Shown here: piece by piece, positions 63,599-64,000 of the stretch | How positions within the stretch are numbered: the stretch's first letter is position 1 | How the letters are laid out: each line of letters starts with the position of its first letter | Origin: Oculina patagonica | Taxonomy: Eukaryota | DNA length: 64,000 nucleotides | Assembly: GCF_052425735.1 (NCBI RefSeq) | Contig: NC_135759.1 | Location: 30,814,001-30,878,000 of the forward strand | Direction of reading: 5' to 3' | The notes under the pieces: generated by a model | What the model was told of the DNA's origin: nothing | What the model saw: the letters and a program-made list of their open reading frames with translations, nothing else | Databases searched by the model: none | Position numbers and translations under genes: made by a program

Positions 63599-64000
63599 GT
63601 AAACTGACATTCAAACAAATTTATGAGTCAAGCTTGTTGTAAAGGAAAACAATATATGTATCATAAAGAAATTAATCTTTCCAAAACGCCGAAGGATCTA
63701 AACGGCTGCTTGCTTCTTATAATCGGACCAGACAGACAAGGTTGTTTGTTGTGATTTAGCATTCGAAACTGGTTGCACTCATTTAAATGATCTGTTTTGG
63801 CTCGCTAGCACTGTAATTCTAAGTACTTTAATGATACGGGAAAGCAAACCGAAAATACTTATTGTAAAAATGTTACTTTTACATTAAACAGCGGATTTTC
63901 TTAACTCATCCAGGAATCTTCAACTGAATAAAGCTCGTTTTGTAAGCGTACCTGAGAAGCAACTAAAAAATTCTTAATTTTTTAAAAACAAAAACAGCTT

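Overview
Eukaryotic, AT-rich, repeat-rich animal DNA with GT-AG introns. The repeat families and gene content suggest a cnidarian, probably a stony coral (inference). No prokaryotic features, CRISPR, rRNA or tRNA genes were seen. Genes left to right: three paralogous orphan class A GPCRs, each in one coding exon (-, -, +); an intronless SoxE/F-like HMG-box gene (-); a 5-exon AMN1 gene (-) head-to-head with a 5-exon DERA gene (+), with only 116 bp between the ATGs; two tandem, diverged 2-exon cystinosin-like (PQ-loop) transporters separated by a 410-N gap; and the first three exons of a secreted fibronectin type II protein running off the window. Exon boundaries were worked out by hand and give open, phase-consistent proteins. 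Many non-autonomous DNA transposons have readable TIRs and TSDs. Two observations stand out. (1) The cystinosin paralogs have replaced several canonical cystine-binding residues and differ from each other at the proton-coupling Asp, suggesting a new-substrate lysosomal or vacuolar transporter pair. (2) A very young foldback/MULE-like element (650-bp arms, 9-bp TSD) lies 26 nt inside AMN1 intron 1, next to the AMN1/DERA bidirectional promoter, and its loop carries an E2F/E-box/ETS cassette. Homology statements are from recall of the families, not from searches.
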